DNA of 64,000 bases from Nitrospirota bacterium. Lineage in GTDB: Bacteria > Nitrospirota > Thermodesulfovibrionia > Thermodesulfovibrionales > Dissulfurispiraceae. The notes under the pieces are model-generated. The model did not search any database. It was not told the DNA's origin and was given only the letters and a program-made list of their open reading frames with translations. The stretch lies in contig CAVPZX010000002.1 of NCBI GenBank assembly GCA_963710375.1, positions 224,001-288,000 on the forward strand. Reading direction: 5' to 3'. The number at the start of each line of letters is the position of its first letter. Positions within the stretch are counted from its first letter, which is position 1. Position numbers and translations under genes: made by a program. Shown here one piece after another: positions 9,185 through 19,107 of the stretch.

Positions 9185-11644
9185 TCACCATACCCAAAAC
9201 AGCCTGCTTATGTTCATCCATTCATCCCGGAACCCCTTTACCTCAGTAATTTGGAAATTTTTCCATGTCTTCACCGGCGCACTGCCGCCGTCCACTTCAC
9301 TAATTCCTACCGCCCCATCCCTGTCAGTCCTGAACACCCGGCAATTGGAAAGCATGGACAGGGTTTGTTCATGCGGGAAGCCAAACCTGTTTTTCCGTCC
9401 GCAACTGATTACTGCAATCTCCGGCGAAACAGCGTTTATAAATGCTTCCGATGACGAGGTGCGGCTGCCGTGATGGGCAACTTTCAGGACCGAGCTTTTA
9501 AGAGCCTGACCGGTATGGGCCGTGTCCTCTTCACCTTCCTTCTCCACGTCTCCGGTAAACAAAAAAGAGGCGGCGGTCCCCTGGACCCGCAGTACAAGTG
9601 AATCATTGTTCTCTTCGGAGTTTTCTTCGGATTTATTTGCGCCTGCAGAATAAAAACCATCATAAGGGTGAAGCACAGTGATGGCATATCCAGTGCCGCG
9701 AATCACATCTCCCCTTTGCAGACCCCGGTGTCCGACTTTTTCAAGAATTCCATTTTTGTATATAAGACGGTTGTTGTCCCAAATCGAGCGTACCTTAAAA
9801 GTATTAATAAGATATTCGAGCCCGCCTGTATGATCATGATGTCCGTGCGACAACATGATAGCCTCAATTTCATTAACACCCCTGTACCGCAGGAACTCGC
9901 CGATCTGGAAACCGCTGTTTCCGGTGTCCATGATTAGGGTACGGCGGTCAGGCAGTTCAATAACCGCACCATCACCCTGACCTACATCGAGAAAGGTAAC
10001 AGAGAGTCTGTCCCGGCGAAGACAGGCGGCAACCGAAAAAATCACTATGGGAACCAGGGCTACAGTGCAAGGGAAGGCCAGAGAACGGAAAAAGGGAAAA
10101 CCGGAGCGGGCGGCCAGAGATTGTCCTGCACCCGCTGCAGCACTCCGCGCACTATCTTTAACTCTGTAATAGATTATTGCCGTAAATATTACGAGGCCGG
10201 TGTAAAAGAAAACAAGCAGTACCGGAGGAAATGCGGGAATCCTGACCGCAACGAATTCCCATCGGCCGATATAATTAATAAACGATAAAACGTGCCCAGT
10301 AACAGCGTCAAGCAGCGTGTGAAAGGGGAAAACATCAAAAAAAAGGAAGATAAATGAGGATAAAAAAGCCAGGGGCAGGATGACAAAGCCTACAGCAGGA
10401 ATAATAATAAGATTGGTCACAGGCGAAACAATAGAAAAGGTATGGAAGTAATTAATAATGAGAGGGACTGTGCCCGCATTCGCAGCTATGGTTATAAGCA
10501 GCGAGGAGCGGATATAAGACATGAGGGAAGTCCCTTTGCCCTCCTGCTTGCCGCCCACAGCAAGGCCGATGCAGAGTACAGCAGCAACCGACAACTGAAA
10601 CGACAGGTCGGTCACTGAATCCGGCTGACAGACCACAATGATAAAAACAGCCATCAGCAGGTTATTAAGCCAAAACCCACTTCTTTGAATCAAAAGACCA
10701 AATAGAAAGAAACAGACCATTATGAAAGCCCTTACAGTACCGAAGTCCGGGGGTGAGATGCCCAGATACCAGACCATGAAAGGCAGACTGACGAAGGCGG
10801 CAATTTGAGAGGGTGACGCATAAAGGGTGAGCCGGGAGAAAATCTTATCGGGAAGCGTCTTGATCAAAAAACGGGTTGTCGCAAAAAGGAATAAAAAAAG
10901 CAAACCGAAATGCAAGCCGGCTTTGTGCAGAAGGTGAGCAAGCCCTGTAACATTGAAGGCGTTGTTTGTTTCTTTTGTAATAAGACCGCGCTCACCTGTG
11001 ATGAGCGCCATGATAAAGGAGGCCGATTCCGGTGAGAGAGACTTCTTGAAAACAGCATTCAGCCGGGCCCGTGATGTCTGAAAAAATCCTATTGGGCGTT
11101 CCCATATAGCGCCCGGAGGACTGTTGACCGGTTCAATGCCGAGTGCATAGCCTGATAACCCGGTCCTTCCGCCAGGATTCATAAAGTACGCATCCGCGGG
11201 AATATGGACCGTGATGCGATACGTCATGCCGGCGGTCATGACGCTGTCGCTCGTGACCCTCATTTCCCGGAGGCTCAGTCGGTTGCCGCGATCATCGGCG
11301 GTTTCGGAGATATCGATTATGTGCGAGAAGCTGCCCGGGCGAGAATACAGAGGGACAGGCTCCGAACGCACAGTGCCTTTAACTATTATCGTTTGCCCTG
11401 CAACTGCTGAAACAGTGTCCAGGGGAACAGTGCGCAGATGTGCAGAGCAGAAACCCAGGAGCGCCAGGACCGTTACTGCGGCAACAGACAGCAACTTGCG
11501 ACGGGCGGAGTGTTGAGACCCGTAAATGTTTTGTCTTACTGCAAGCGCGAGGAGAAGGGCAGATAAAAAAAGAGTCGCTACCGGAAAAAACCGGTACACA
11601 TAAACCAGAGCGGAACCATAAATAAAGGCGATGACATACTGCAC
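9185..11644 (-). CDS. comEC: DNA internalization competence protein ComEC/Rec2
   Basis: TGLAHLL..GLH, SFQLS, FLDVGQGD, SHGHHDHTGG, NNDSLV, LKVAHHGS, NRFGFPH. Confidence 0.92.
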   Translation of the reverse strand: MQYVIAFIYGSALVYVYRFFPVATLFLSALLLALAVRQNIYGSQHSARRKLLSVAAVTVLALLGFCSAHLRTVPLDTVSAVAGQTIIVKGTVRSEPVPLYSRPGSFSHIIDISETADDRGNRLSLREMRVTSDSVMTAGMTYRITVHIPADAYFMNPGGRTGLSGYALGIEPVNSPPGAIWERPIGFFQTSRARLNAVFKKSLSPESASFIMALITGERGLITKETNNAFNVTGLAHLLHKAGLHFGLLFLFLFATTRFLIKTLPDKIFSRLTLYASPSQIAAFVSLPFMVWYLGISPPDFGTVRAFIMVCFFLFGLLIQRSGFWLNNLLMAVFIIVVCQPDSVTDLSFQLSVAAVLCIGLAVGGKQEGKGTSLMSYIRSSLLITIAANAGTVPLIINYFHTFSIVSPVTNLIIIPAVGFVILPLAFLSSFIFLFFDVFPFHTLLDAVTGHVLSFINYIGRWEFVAVRIPAFPPVLLVFFYTGLVIFTAIIYYRVKDSARSAAAGAGQSLAARSGFPFFRSLAFPCTVALVPIVIFSVAACLRRDRLSVTFLDVGQGDGAVIELPDRRTLIMDTGNSGFQIGEFLRYRGVNEIEAIMLSHGHHDHTGGLEYLINTFKVRSIWDNNRLIYKNGILEKVGHRGLQRGDVIRGTGYAITVLHPYDGFYSAGANKSEENSEENNDSLVLRVQGTAASFLFTGDVEKEGEEDTAHTGQALKSSVLKVAHHGSRTSSSEAFINAVSPEIAVISCGRKNRFGFPHEQTLSMLSNCRVFRTDRDGAVGISEVDGGSAPVKTWKNFQITEVKGFRDEWMNISRLFWVW

Positions 11645-11659
11645 AAACTAAACCCTTCC

Positions 11660-11935
11660 TCACAAGAGCAGGTCGGGACTCTCCGGAGAAAATTTTTCTC
11701 TCGGTCTTCTTTTGCCCAGGCCGAATACAGCGGCAGAAGACTCCAGGAACTCGAGATAACTCGTGAAGCTCTCCCTGAGTTTACGATCCCGGCGGCTTTG
11801 AGCAATCATTTCCATATAACGCCGGTGTCCCCAGAATGCAAAAGCAAGGGCGCCCATCAGGGCAAATGGGATATTATCCTTTTCCAACTCCGGCAATACT
11901 GCCGTCAAAACTTTCTTCATCTGCATTCCTTCCAT
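11660..11935 (-). pseudogene. Fusion remnant: nucleotidyltransferase-like N-terminus joined to the C-terminus of its downstream partner gene
   Basis: MKKVLTAVLPELEKDNIPFALMGALAFAFWGHRR resembles the start of minimal nucleotidyltransferases, then jumps to MEMIAQSRR.. shared with the second copy. Confidence 0.55.
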
Positions 11936-12171
11936 TGTACCATTCTCCTAAAAACTCCTCAATAAAAAGCCTCTCCGGCCATCCGAGTTGCTGTTAACGG
12001 TAACTTCACCTGTTATGGCTGAACATAACACCTGAGAGTCCGCACATGAGACATGTCAGCGACGTCGTTGGTTTCCGTTTGAAACCCTCAAAATACCTTT
12101 TTACTTCCTAACGAAAGTCAATAATCAAGTCTGACCCCGGTCTGACCCCCCTGCACAAACTAAACCCTTCC

Positions 12172-12481
12172 TCACAAGAGCAGGTCGGGACTCTCCGGAG
12201 AAAATTTTTCTCTCGGTCTTCTTTTGCCCAGGCCGAATACAGCGGCAGAAGACTCCAGGAACTCGAGATAACTCGTGAAGCTCTCCCTGAGTTTACGATC
12301 CCGGCGGCTTTGAGCAATCATTTCCATATCCTTGTTGAGTGTTGCAGGGTCGTTTTCATTCAGTAAATTTACGAATTTTTTCACTATACTCCTCCATTCC
12401 CAATATGCGACAATATTTATCAATTTTTTGCCAGTCCAGTTGAGGTCCTGTCAAAACTTTCTTCATCTGCATGCCTTCCAT
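12172..12481 (-). pseudogene. Second remnant: MKKVLT joined to C-terminal GPQLDWQKIDKYCRILGMEEY.., followed by the partner gene NENDPATLNKDMEMIAQ..LLL
   Basis: Manual translation; a complementary internal deletion of the same two-gene unit. Confidence 0.55.
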
Positions 12482-12978
12482 TGTACCATTCTCCTAAAAA
12501 CTCCTCAATAAAAAGCCGCTCCAGCCGCACGAGATACTGTTAACGGTAACTTCACCTGTTATGGCTGAACATAACACCTGAGAGTCAACACCGCGGACAT
12601 CTCAGCGACACTGTTGGTTTCCTATTATAACCTTGCGTTTTGCCCACGGCCTTGGTCATTTGCGGTCCTTCCTATACTCGGCACCCAGACGCCATAAGAC
12701 GGCCTTTTAGTTCTTGTTAACACAAAATGCGAACATAACGAAAAGTGCTCCCTTGATTTAAGTGTGATTACTCTGGCAGAACTCTTACCTGAAAATAATT
12801 TGGACCCAACTCAACATTTTCAAATTTTTCTGATGCGTAAGGCCCAATTATTGTATAGGTGTTAATAGAGGTGTTAATCGCTATCTTTATCTAGGTTCAG
12901 ACTATGATTACTTGTAATCTCTCTCAAAGTCCTTTCAATTAATGATTCACGCATACAATAATCGATACTCCTTTACCC

Positions 12979-15900
12979 TCATAAATTTACCGAACCCACT
13001 ATACAATTCAAGCCCATAATTTCAATATTATGGCAGTCCTTGTAAAGTTCTGTTACCTTTGGCAGATATTCTTTCAAAGAGTATTTATCATTAATCTGGA
13101 ATATCAGGAATATTCCCCAGCCCGATTTCGTCCCACTCATGTATTGCAATAATTTACCCTTATACTTGCGTCTATTCTTATCTTGAAAGACTTCCACTTT
13201 ATCAACTCGCTTCGTTTCAATTAAGATTGGACCAATAAATCCGTACGATATTAAGAAATCCGTTCGTTTATCATCCAAGAGCTGCTCTTCACGCTTAATA
13301 CTGACCTCGTTAGCTCTTAATCCTCGTTTAATTAATACATTTTCAAATTGTGTTTTGATTGTTTTTTGAATCAGGTCTTCTTGTTTCCCGCTGGTTTCCC
13401 GAATAAATTTATACGCACCTTCGGACTCTACCCAGTTTCTAAGATCTTCGTCGATAGCTTTTTTCACTACTTCCAATAAATCTCTAGCTGTAGCAATATT
13501 CAGATACTGGGTTTCTTTTAATTTGTTATACATTTTAATGCACTCAGCAATATTCTGAGGTTTGCCGATGTAGCGCAAATATTCCTGTCTTAAATTATGC
13601 AGTTTGTACTTGAACCAATTCATCCCTTCCTTTGAAGAATTTTTCTCCACATAGCTTTCAAGCTTTTTTAGATGAGAGTATGATTTCGTCTCTCGCAGAT
13701 TGTAAAAATAGGCAATCACAATCTCCCATAGATATTGCGCATATGCTTGATCGCCTTTTCCTTTTTGGAATATTTCAAAAGACTTTTGTAATAAAGACAG
13801 AAAGATATCTTTATATTTTGGATTCTTCAGCCCGCTTATCGGAGAGGCAAAACTCTTGTCCCTGAGTTCACTTTCTTGGGGACTGACACTATGTACACCT
13901 TCAGGCTCAATAAAAGAGAAGGCCCGTTTCATAATTTCTTTGAATCTCCATTTTATAGCTCCATCATTCAGGAATTTCTCTATCAGGCATTTGTTTGCAT
14001 CTTCTGCAATCCGAACGAAATCTTTATTGTTTTTATACTTCTTGAAAATATATTTAAAATATTTCTCATCAGGCTGAATAGCAGCAATAGCCTCCAGTGC
14101 CGATTCGCGGTACTGGAATAATAGTTCCGGATCATCTACAAATCTTTTTAAAATAGGAACTGCCCCGGCAATTCCGTATTTTTCACTCGTACTGGTAAGA
14201 CTTTCCGGCATAAATCTTTGGAGATCATCTTCTCTTTTCCCGCTGTAGAAGTTCAATAAGGTTTTTATTTCGCGGTCTGTTAGGTTTGGAACCAATGAAA
14301 AGATAGCTTGTCGCTGCTCATGATAAGCAAATGGGATATAGTTAATAATGCGTTGCCTGTATTTGGAAATATTCATTTTTAATAACTCGGCAACCCTCAG
14401 ACAATCACCGAAAATATTTATATAGCTGTGTGTCGTGTAACTCGTATGCCCGCTGTCATTGCTGGTAATAGTAAGCTTTTGCTCGCCAGGATCAAATTTG
14501 TCAAAAATTGACTCAATTACTAATTTCTCCAAACGCTTTTGATCGCGTTCTGTTATGATCGACATTAGTTTTTCTTCGTTTTTAATATAAAAATGGAAAA
14601 CACCAAGATCGAACTTGCCTTTTTGCGGTTCTAATTTAAATAAGAAGTCACGATAAATGTTATTTATTTTATTGACCTTTTTAGCTTCGCTTTTCCATCG
14701 CTCCTCAGTTTCAGCATATTCCTTTTTAAAATAGTTTCGCCCTTCTTCGTATACTTCTTTTTTATAAGTAGAGACAGATAAAAGCGTAAGAAGAGCAGAT
14801 ACTTCCTCCCCCATTTCTCTCAACTGATAAACAAATTTCGCGACATCCGGCTTTTCCAATAGAAGTGTAAGGAGAGAGCGCATACTAAAGAGATGTTCTC
14901 TAAGCTTCTCTGATTTTTTTAACTTAGCCAAGAATTTAAAGAGGTAATCGCTGTCTTTTTCTTTTAACAAAATTACAATACGTTTAATGAATTCTGATTT
15001 GTCAGTTATATACCACAGATCATCGGAAAATGCTGATACGACGATTTGCTGCAATTTGGTTTGAATTTCTCTATCCCAAGCATTTCTTATGTTTTGAACT
15101 AATTTATCGTTTTCTCTATGGCTGAAAATGGTTTCATGGTCCATGTATTGTTTCAAAAAGTCAGGATCATTAATGAAACATTTCAGTAAATATTTGACCG
15201 CTTTTGTCTCTTTCACTTCCCATAAACCATATCGGGCATGAATATATTCTCTATCATCCTTTGTCCATCTTATAAAGCAATCAATAGAGAATTTGTCATT
15301 AGGTGCAACGTGAAGGCATGCAAATATTAAAGTTTGTATTACTGCGCTATCATCTATATTTAAATCCTCTGTTATTTGTTTGATCAGATTGTTGTCTTTG
15401 TACTTACTCAATGCCGATAGCGCCGCTCTTTGAAGAATGCTATTTCTTTCTTTGATAAATTCCATTATCTTACTTTCCCAATAGGCTCTTTCTGACTTCT
15501 TAAAGACATTTAGGTCAAGCAGGAATTCCAAAATAGCAGCCACGTTTCTTTTTGTTATGTATGTCGAGTCTTTTAATTCGACACTATGCTTAAGAAGAGA
15601 ATGCTGAGAGGAATGAAAATAGTGGGATAAATTCCTAGCTATGTCAGATCTAATCCAATGCTGAATATGAGTGTAGTAATTGAAGATATTTCTAAAAATG
15701 TCTGTTCTTTCCTCGACCGACAGCCTATTGGTATCAACAGACGTCAACAAACGATGATATTCTTCGGCTTGCACAATGGAATCTCCCGATGCCCCGAAAT
15801 GAAGAATCGGTTTCAAGAGCGAGATATCAAGATCAATTACGAAACCTAGTGTATTAAACCATGACGGCAATATCTCTTTGAGTTCCTGATCAACTGCAAT

Positions 15901-17052
15901 ATCAAATATGACTTGTTCTGTTCGCCCTAATCTCAATATTTCTTTAGCAGCCAGATATTCCTGAAGTTCCGTATTTTCAAATTCGATAGTGTCTATGTTA
16001 TCTTTCAATAGACTTCTGCTGTAAAAAATCTCTATTGGTACCTGTTGTAGAAAACTGATATTAAGATTAGATTTTACATCATCGAAGAAGGTTATTAATT
16101 CTTCTTTCGTTAGAAGATTAGTCTGATAAATTTCCATCAAAAGAGCGAGCTTTTCCAAAACCCGCTTAATGATTTCTTTCTTTTGAGTGTTAATTCTCTT
16201 TTCTTCGATCTCAAGTTTCTTATAAATAAAAAGCTCAAATATCTCCGTCTTAGTCAAGTTACGTGTATACTCAATACCCTTTTCACGAATTATATCTATT
16301 ACCATCTCAAGATAGCGGGGCACCTGGATTAAGGGTGACGTTTTGTTATCAAAAAACCCCATTACTCTTTTAATATCGTTTCTGGTTAATCCTGAATTCT
16401 CCAGATACTCCTGTATTTGGTCGTTTGTAAAATGCCCGATTTCGATAAAACATAAATTTGTGTCATTGAAGGTCTCCCGCTCTCTTTTGAAGTGATGGAA
16501 TCTGCACGACACATATAAATGAATATGTTTATATTTAGATGAAAATTCCTTTATTCGGTCAGCAAACGTCGAAATATCTTCAAGTTTTATCTCATCTAGA
16601 GCGTCTAGACAGACAATCGTTATCTCAGCGTTTCGTAAAGTAAAGCCTTTTGTTTTGAGCAATGAAGTAGCTCTAAGTTTTGATACCGAAAGCCTGCCAT
16701 TTATCTCATCAGCGCTATCAGTCTTCTGAATAATGTAATTTTCTATATCTCTATCAACTTTCTTCAGATCAATAAATATCCCTTGCTTGCCTTGATCTTG
16801 AGATCGTAAAACTATTTCCTTCAGTAGCCTAGTTTTACCATAACCTGGTTCCGAAATGATAAAAGCACTTTTTACAGCAGCAAGGTCTTTTAGGGAGAAT
16901 GTATCATCAGTTAAAAAAGCATAATCGCCGTAATCGAGTTTTGATTTAAGCAGCTTTTCGAAAGTAGGATAATTGTTAAGCCTCGGATGGATGTAATTGA
17001 TTTGTTTGTTGTCAATTATCATTATCTTATTTCCCGTTCTATTCCTGACCAT
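12979..17052 (-). CDS. NACHT/STAND NTPase with helical-repeat middle and C-terminal PD-(D/E)xK-like nuclease; candidate anti-phage protein
   Basis: Walker A SEPGYGKT, Walker B IVCLDALDE, YVSCR, EIGHFTNDQIQEYL, VPRYL, winged helix FENTELQEYLAA; C-terminal REEQLLDDKRTDF..ILIETK; visibly AT-rich. Confidence 0.8.
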   Translation of the reverse strand: MVRNRTGNKIMIIDNKQINYIHPRLNNYPTFEKLLKSKLDYGDYAFLTDDTFSLKDLAAVKSAFIISEPGYGKTRLLKEIVLRSQDQGKQGIFIDLKKVDRDIENYIIQKTDSADEINGRLSVSKLRATSLLKTKGFTLRNAEITIVCLDALDEIKLEDISTFADRIKEFSSKYKHIHLYVSCRFHHFKRERETFNDTNLCFIEIGHFTNDQIQEYLENSGLTRNDIKRVMGFFDNKTSPLIQVPRYLEMVIDIIREKGIEYTRNLTKTEIFELFIYKKLEIEEKRINTQKKEIIKRVLEKLALLMEIYQTNLLTKEELITFFDDVKSNLNISFLQQVPIEIFYSRSLLKDNIDTIEFENTELQEYLAAKEILRLGRTEQVIFDIAVDQELKEILPSWFNTLGFVIDLDISLLKPILHFGASGDSIVQAEEYHRLLTSVDTNRLSVEERTDIFRNIFNYYTHIQHWIRSDIARNLSHYFHSSQHSLLKHSVELKDSTYITKRNVAAILEFLLDLNVFKKSERAYWESKIMEFIKERNSILQRAALSALSKYKDNNLIKQITEDLNIDDSAVIQTLIFACLHVAPNDKFSIDCFIRWTKDDREYIHARYGLWEVKETKAVKYLLKCFINDPDFLKQYMDHETIFSHRENDKLVQNIRNAWDREIQTKLQQIVVSAFSDDLWYITDKSEFIKRIVILLKEKDSDYLFKFLAKLKKSEKLREHLFSMRSLLTLLLEKPDVAKFVYQLREMGEEVSALLTLLSVSTYKKEVYEEGRNYFKKEYAETEERWKSEAKKVNKINNIYRDFLFKLEPQKGKFDLGVFHFYIKNEEKLMSIITERDQKRLEKLVIESIFDKFDPGEQKLTITSNDSGHTSYTTHSYINIFGDCLRVAELLKMNISKYRQRIINYIPFAYHEQRQAIFSLVPNLTDREIKTLLNFYSGKREDDLQRFMPESLTSTSEKYGIAGAVPILKRFVDDPELLFQYRESALEAIAAIQPDEKYFKYIFKKYKNNKDFVRIAEDANKCLIEKFLNDGAIKWRFKEIMKRAFSFIEPEGVHSVSPQESELRDKSFASPISGLKNPKYKDIFLSLLQKSFEIFQKGKGDQAYAQYLWEIVIAYFYNLRETKSYSHLKKLESYVEKNSSKEGMNWFKYKLHNLRQEYLRYIGKPQNIAECIKMYNKLKETQYLNIATARDLLEVVKKAIDEDLRNWVESEGAYKFIRETSGKQEDLIQKTIKTQFENVLIKRGLRANEVSIKREEQLLDDKRTDFLISYGFIGPILIETKRVDKVEVFQDKNRRKYKGKLLQYMSGTKSGWGIFLIFQINDKYSLKEYLPKVTELYKDCHNIEIMGLNCIVGSVNL

Positions 17053-17358
17053 TTTACCACATTTGCAGGAATTGTTTAATTCCGATAAACAGATATCAAC
17101 AGACGCTTCTACAACTATTTCCCTTAGAAACTGCCACCATAATCAGAATCTATCTGACCGAGGACTTCTGTGAGCAGGTCGCACCGACATTCTCAAAAAC
17201 CCGCTTGCATTTTGAGATTCCAATAGTAGATATTTAAAGGACTTAGATCAGATGATTTTACTGTCTCGAAATCTGGTATTTTGTAGACAACGAAAATTTG
17301 AGGATATCTAATATCTGAGAACGATCAAGACCGCAGATCAACAGGAGCATGTGCGCAC

Positions 17359-17901
17359 ATGAAAAAAATGCAGCTCAGTAAAGCGTTCACGCTAATAGAA
17401 TCTGGTCCAGTTGTTCTTGTTACGACAAGTGACGGAAAGAAAGACAATATAATGACGATCTCGTGGACCATGGTGATAGACTTTACGCCGGTGTTTGCCA
17501 TAACCACTGGGCCCTGGAACTACTCGTATGTCGCACTTCGGAAATCGAAGGAATGTGTAATTTCAGTTCCCACTGTTGACCTGCTTGATAAGGTCGTTGG
17601 CGTAGGAACATGTTCCGGCGCAGACACGGACAAATTTGAAAAGTTTGGGCTAACTCCTGTGAAGGGAAAGTATGTTAGGTCGCCCTTGATTAAGGAATGC
17701 CTGGCGAATATCGAATGTAAAGTTATCGATATCGTCCAAAAGCACAATATCGTTGTCCTCGAAGGTGTCGCTGCGTACTTTGACAGTTCACGAAAAGAGA
17801 AGAGAACTGTTCACGCAATTGGCGATGGAACCTTTATAGTGGATGGGCGTAGGTTAAATCGAAAGAAAATGATGTGGACGAAGATTCCAGCGGGACTCTA
17901 G
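17359..17901 (+). CDS. Flavin reductase family protein (DIM6/NTAB)
   Basis: GPVVLVTT..NIMTISW..ECVISVP..GTCSGADTDKF..PLIKECLANIEC. Confidence 0.88.
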   Translation: MKKMQLSKAFTLIESGPVVLVTTSDGKKDNIMTISWTMVIDFTPVFAITTGPWNYSYVALRKSKECVISVPTVDLLDKVVGVGTCSGADTDKFEKFGLTPVKGKYVRSPLIKECLANIECKVIDIVQKHNIVVLEGVAAYFDSSRKEKRTVHAIGDGTFIVDGRRLNRKKMMWTKIPAGL

Positions 17902-18146
17902 TTCCTTGCTGAATTGGGGGATTCTGTTGCTACTTCCCTATAACCATCCATGTGTAATGGCATCCAGCGGCTTCGGCCTGATTCCGGGGACACAATACTT
18001 AATTCATGCTCGGCGGCCAAAAAATGATGAGATTTATTATCGGATGCGGAACCGCTAAACATATGCCCTAATTATTTATTATTTAGGGTAAATATGCTAT
18101 ATTTTGCTCAAAAGTTGAAAGGTTAGGCGTTAGAAAAGGAGGTTTT

Positions 18147-18629
18147 ATGGAATTCAAGGGGATAAGAGTTGATATACCGGAGGGGTGCAACATCATATTG
18201 GGCCAGACTCATTTTATCAAAACCGCAGAGGACCTATACGAGATAATTACGACTGCCGTGCCACAGGCGAAATTCGGTGTAGCCTTCACAGAGGCATCAG
18301 GTCCCTGCCTTATCAGGACCGAGGGCAATGACAACGGCCTCATTCAGGGCTGCGTCAAGATTCTTCAGGATATAGGTGCAGGTCACGTCTTCTGTATTCT
18401 GCTGAAGGAAGCCTATCCGGTCAATGTGCTCAACCAGATAAAGAACTGCCACGAGGTATGCAGGATATATTGCGCAACAGCCAATCCTTTAGAGGTATTG
18501 GTCGCCGTCACCCAACAGGGTGGCGGCGTCATCGGGGTTGTGGACGGTTTTCCTCCAAAGGGGGTTGAAACCTCTGAAGACAAAAAACAGAGGAAAGAGT
18601 TCCTGAGAAATATAGGTTATAAATTATAG
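18147..18629 (+). CDS. Adenosine-specific kinase family (DUF355)
   Basis: [52 protein letters not shown]. Confidence 0.9.
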   Translation: MEFKGIRVDIPEGCNIILGQTHFIKTAEDLYEIITTAVPQAKFGVAFTEASGPCLIRTEGNDNGLIQGCVKILQDIGAGHVFCILLKEAYPVNVLNQIKNCHEVCRIYCATANPLEVLVAVTQQGGGVIGVVDGFPPKGVETSEDKKQRKEFLRNIGYKL

Positions 18630-18633
18630 ACAT

Positions 18634-19020
18634 TTATTCTGTCGACAGAAAATCATTTAGCGACTGTGGAGGATCAGTATATGTCGAATACGGAAACAAT
18701 AAACGTTCCATGAATGATTTCATCTCCCCAGAGACAGTACCAAAGTAGATAGGGGAACCCAGGATGACGGCATCTGCTTTTTCAATCTTGCTGAATATTA
18801 GTGTCAGGTCATCCTCGACGGCACACCTGCCATAGCTTTTACCACCTATAGTTTTACATGCAAAGCAGCTTATGCACCCCTTGAAGTTCAGATCATACAG
18901 ATGAATGAGTTCTGTCTCGGCTCCCTTCGAGGCAGCCCCTTCAAGAGCCTTCTCAAGCAGTGTCGCTGTGTTCCACTTTTTCCTGGGACTTCCATTGAAT
19001 GCCATAACCTTCATTGTCAT
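18634..19020 (-). pseudogene. Iron-sulfur flavoprotein/flavodoxin family, C-terminally truncated
   Basis: NGSPRKKWNT, GCISCFAC..C, ADAVILGSPIYFG..MERL; the frame ends ~20 codons later, short of the usual length. Confidence 0.7.
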
Positions 19021-19107
19021 ATCTCCCTTTTTTATATCAGAGGTTATTTTCCTGCTCCGCCTCAATGCCTCTTCCAAGTCTAAATGCTACCACTGCCCGG
19101 CCGCAAA

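Larger units (their letters stand above)
11639..12622. repeat. Imperfect tandem duplication (block B 11639-11817 = 12151-12329; block A 11904-12076 ~ 12450-12622)
   Basis: Direct comparison: block B is 179 bp and appears identical; block A is 173 bp with differences mostly in two patches; the middles differ. Confidence 0.95.

Noticed and set aside
11639..12622. CRISPR array
   Set aside because: Only two copies of ~175-bp blocks; no short repeat-spacer periodicity or cas genes.
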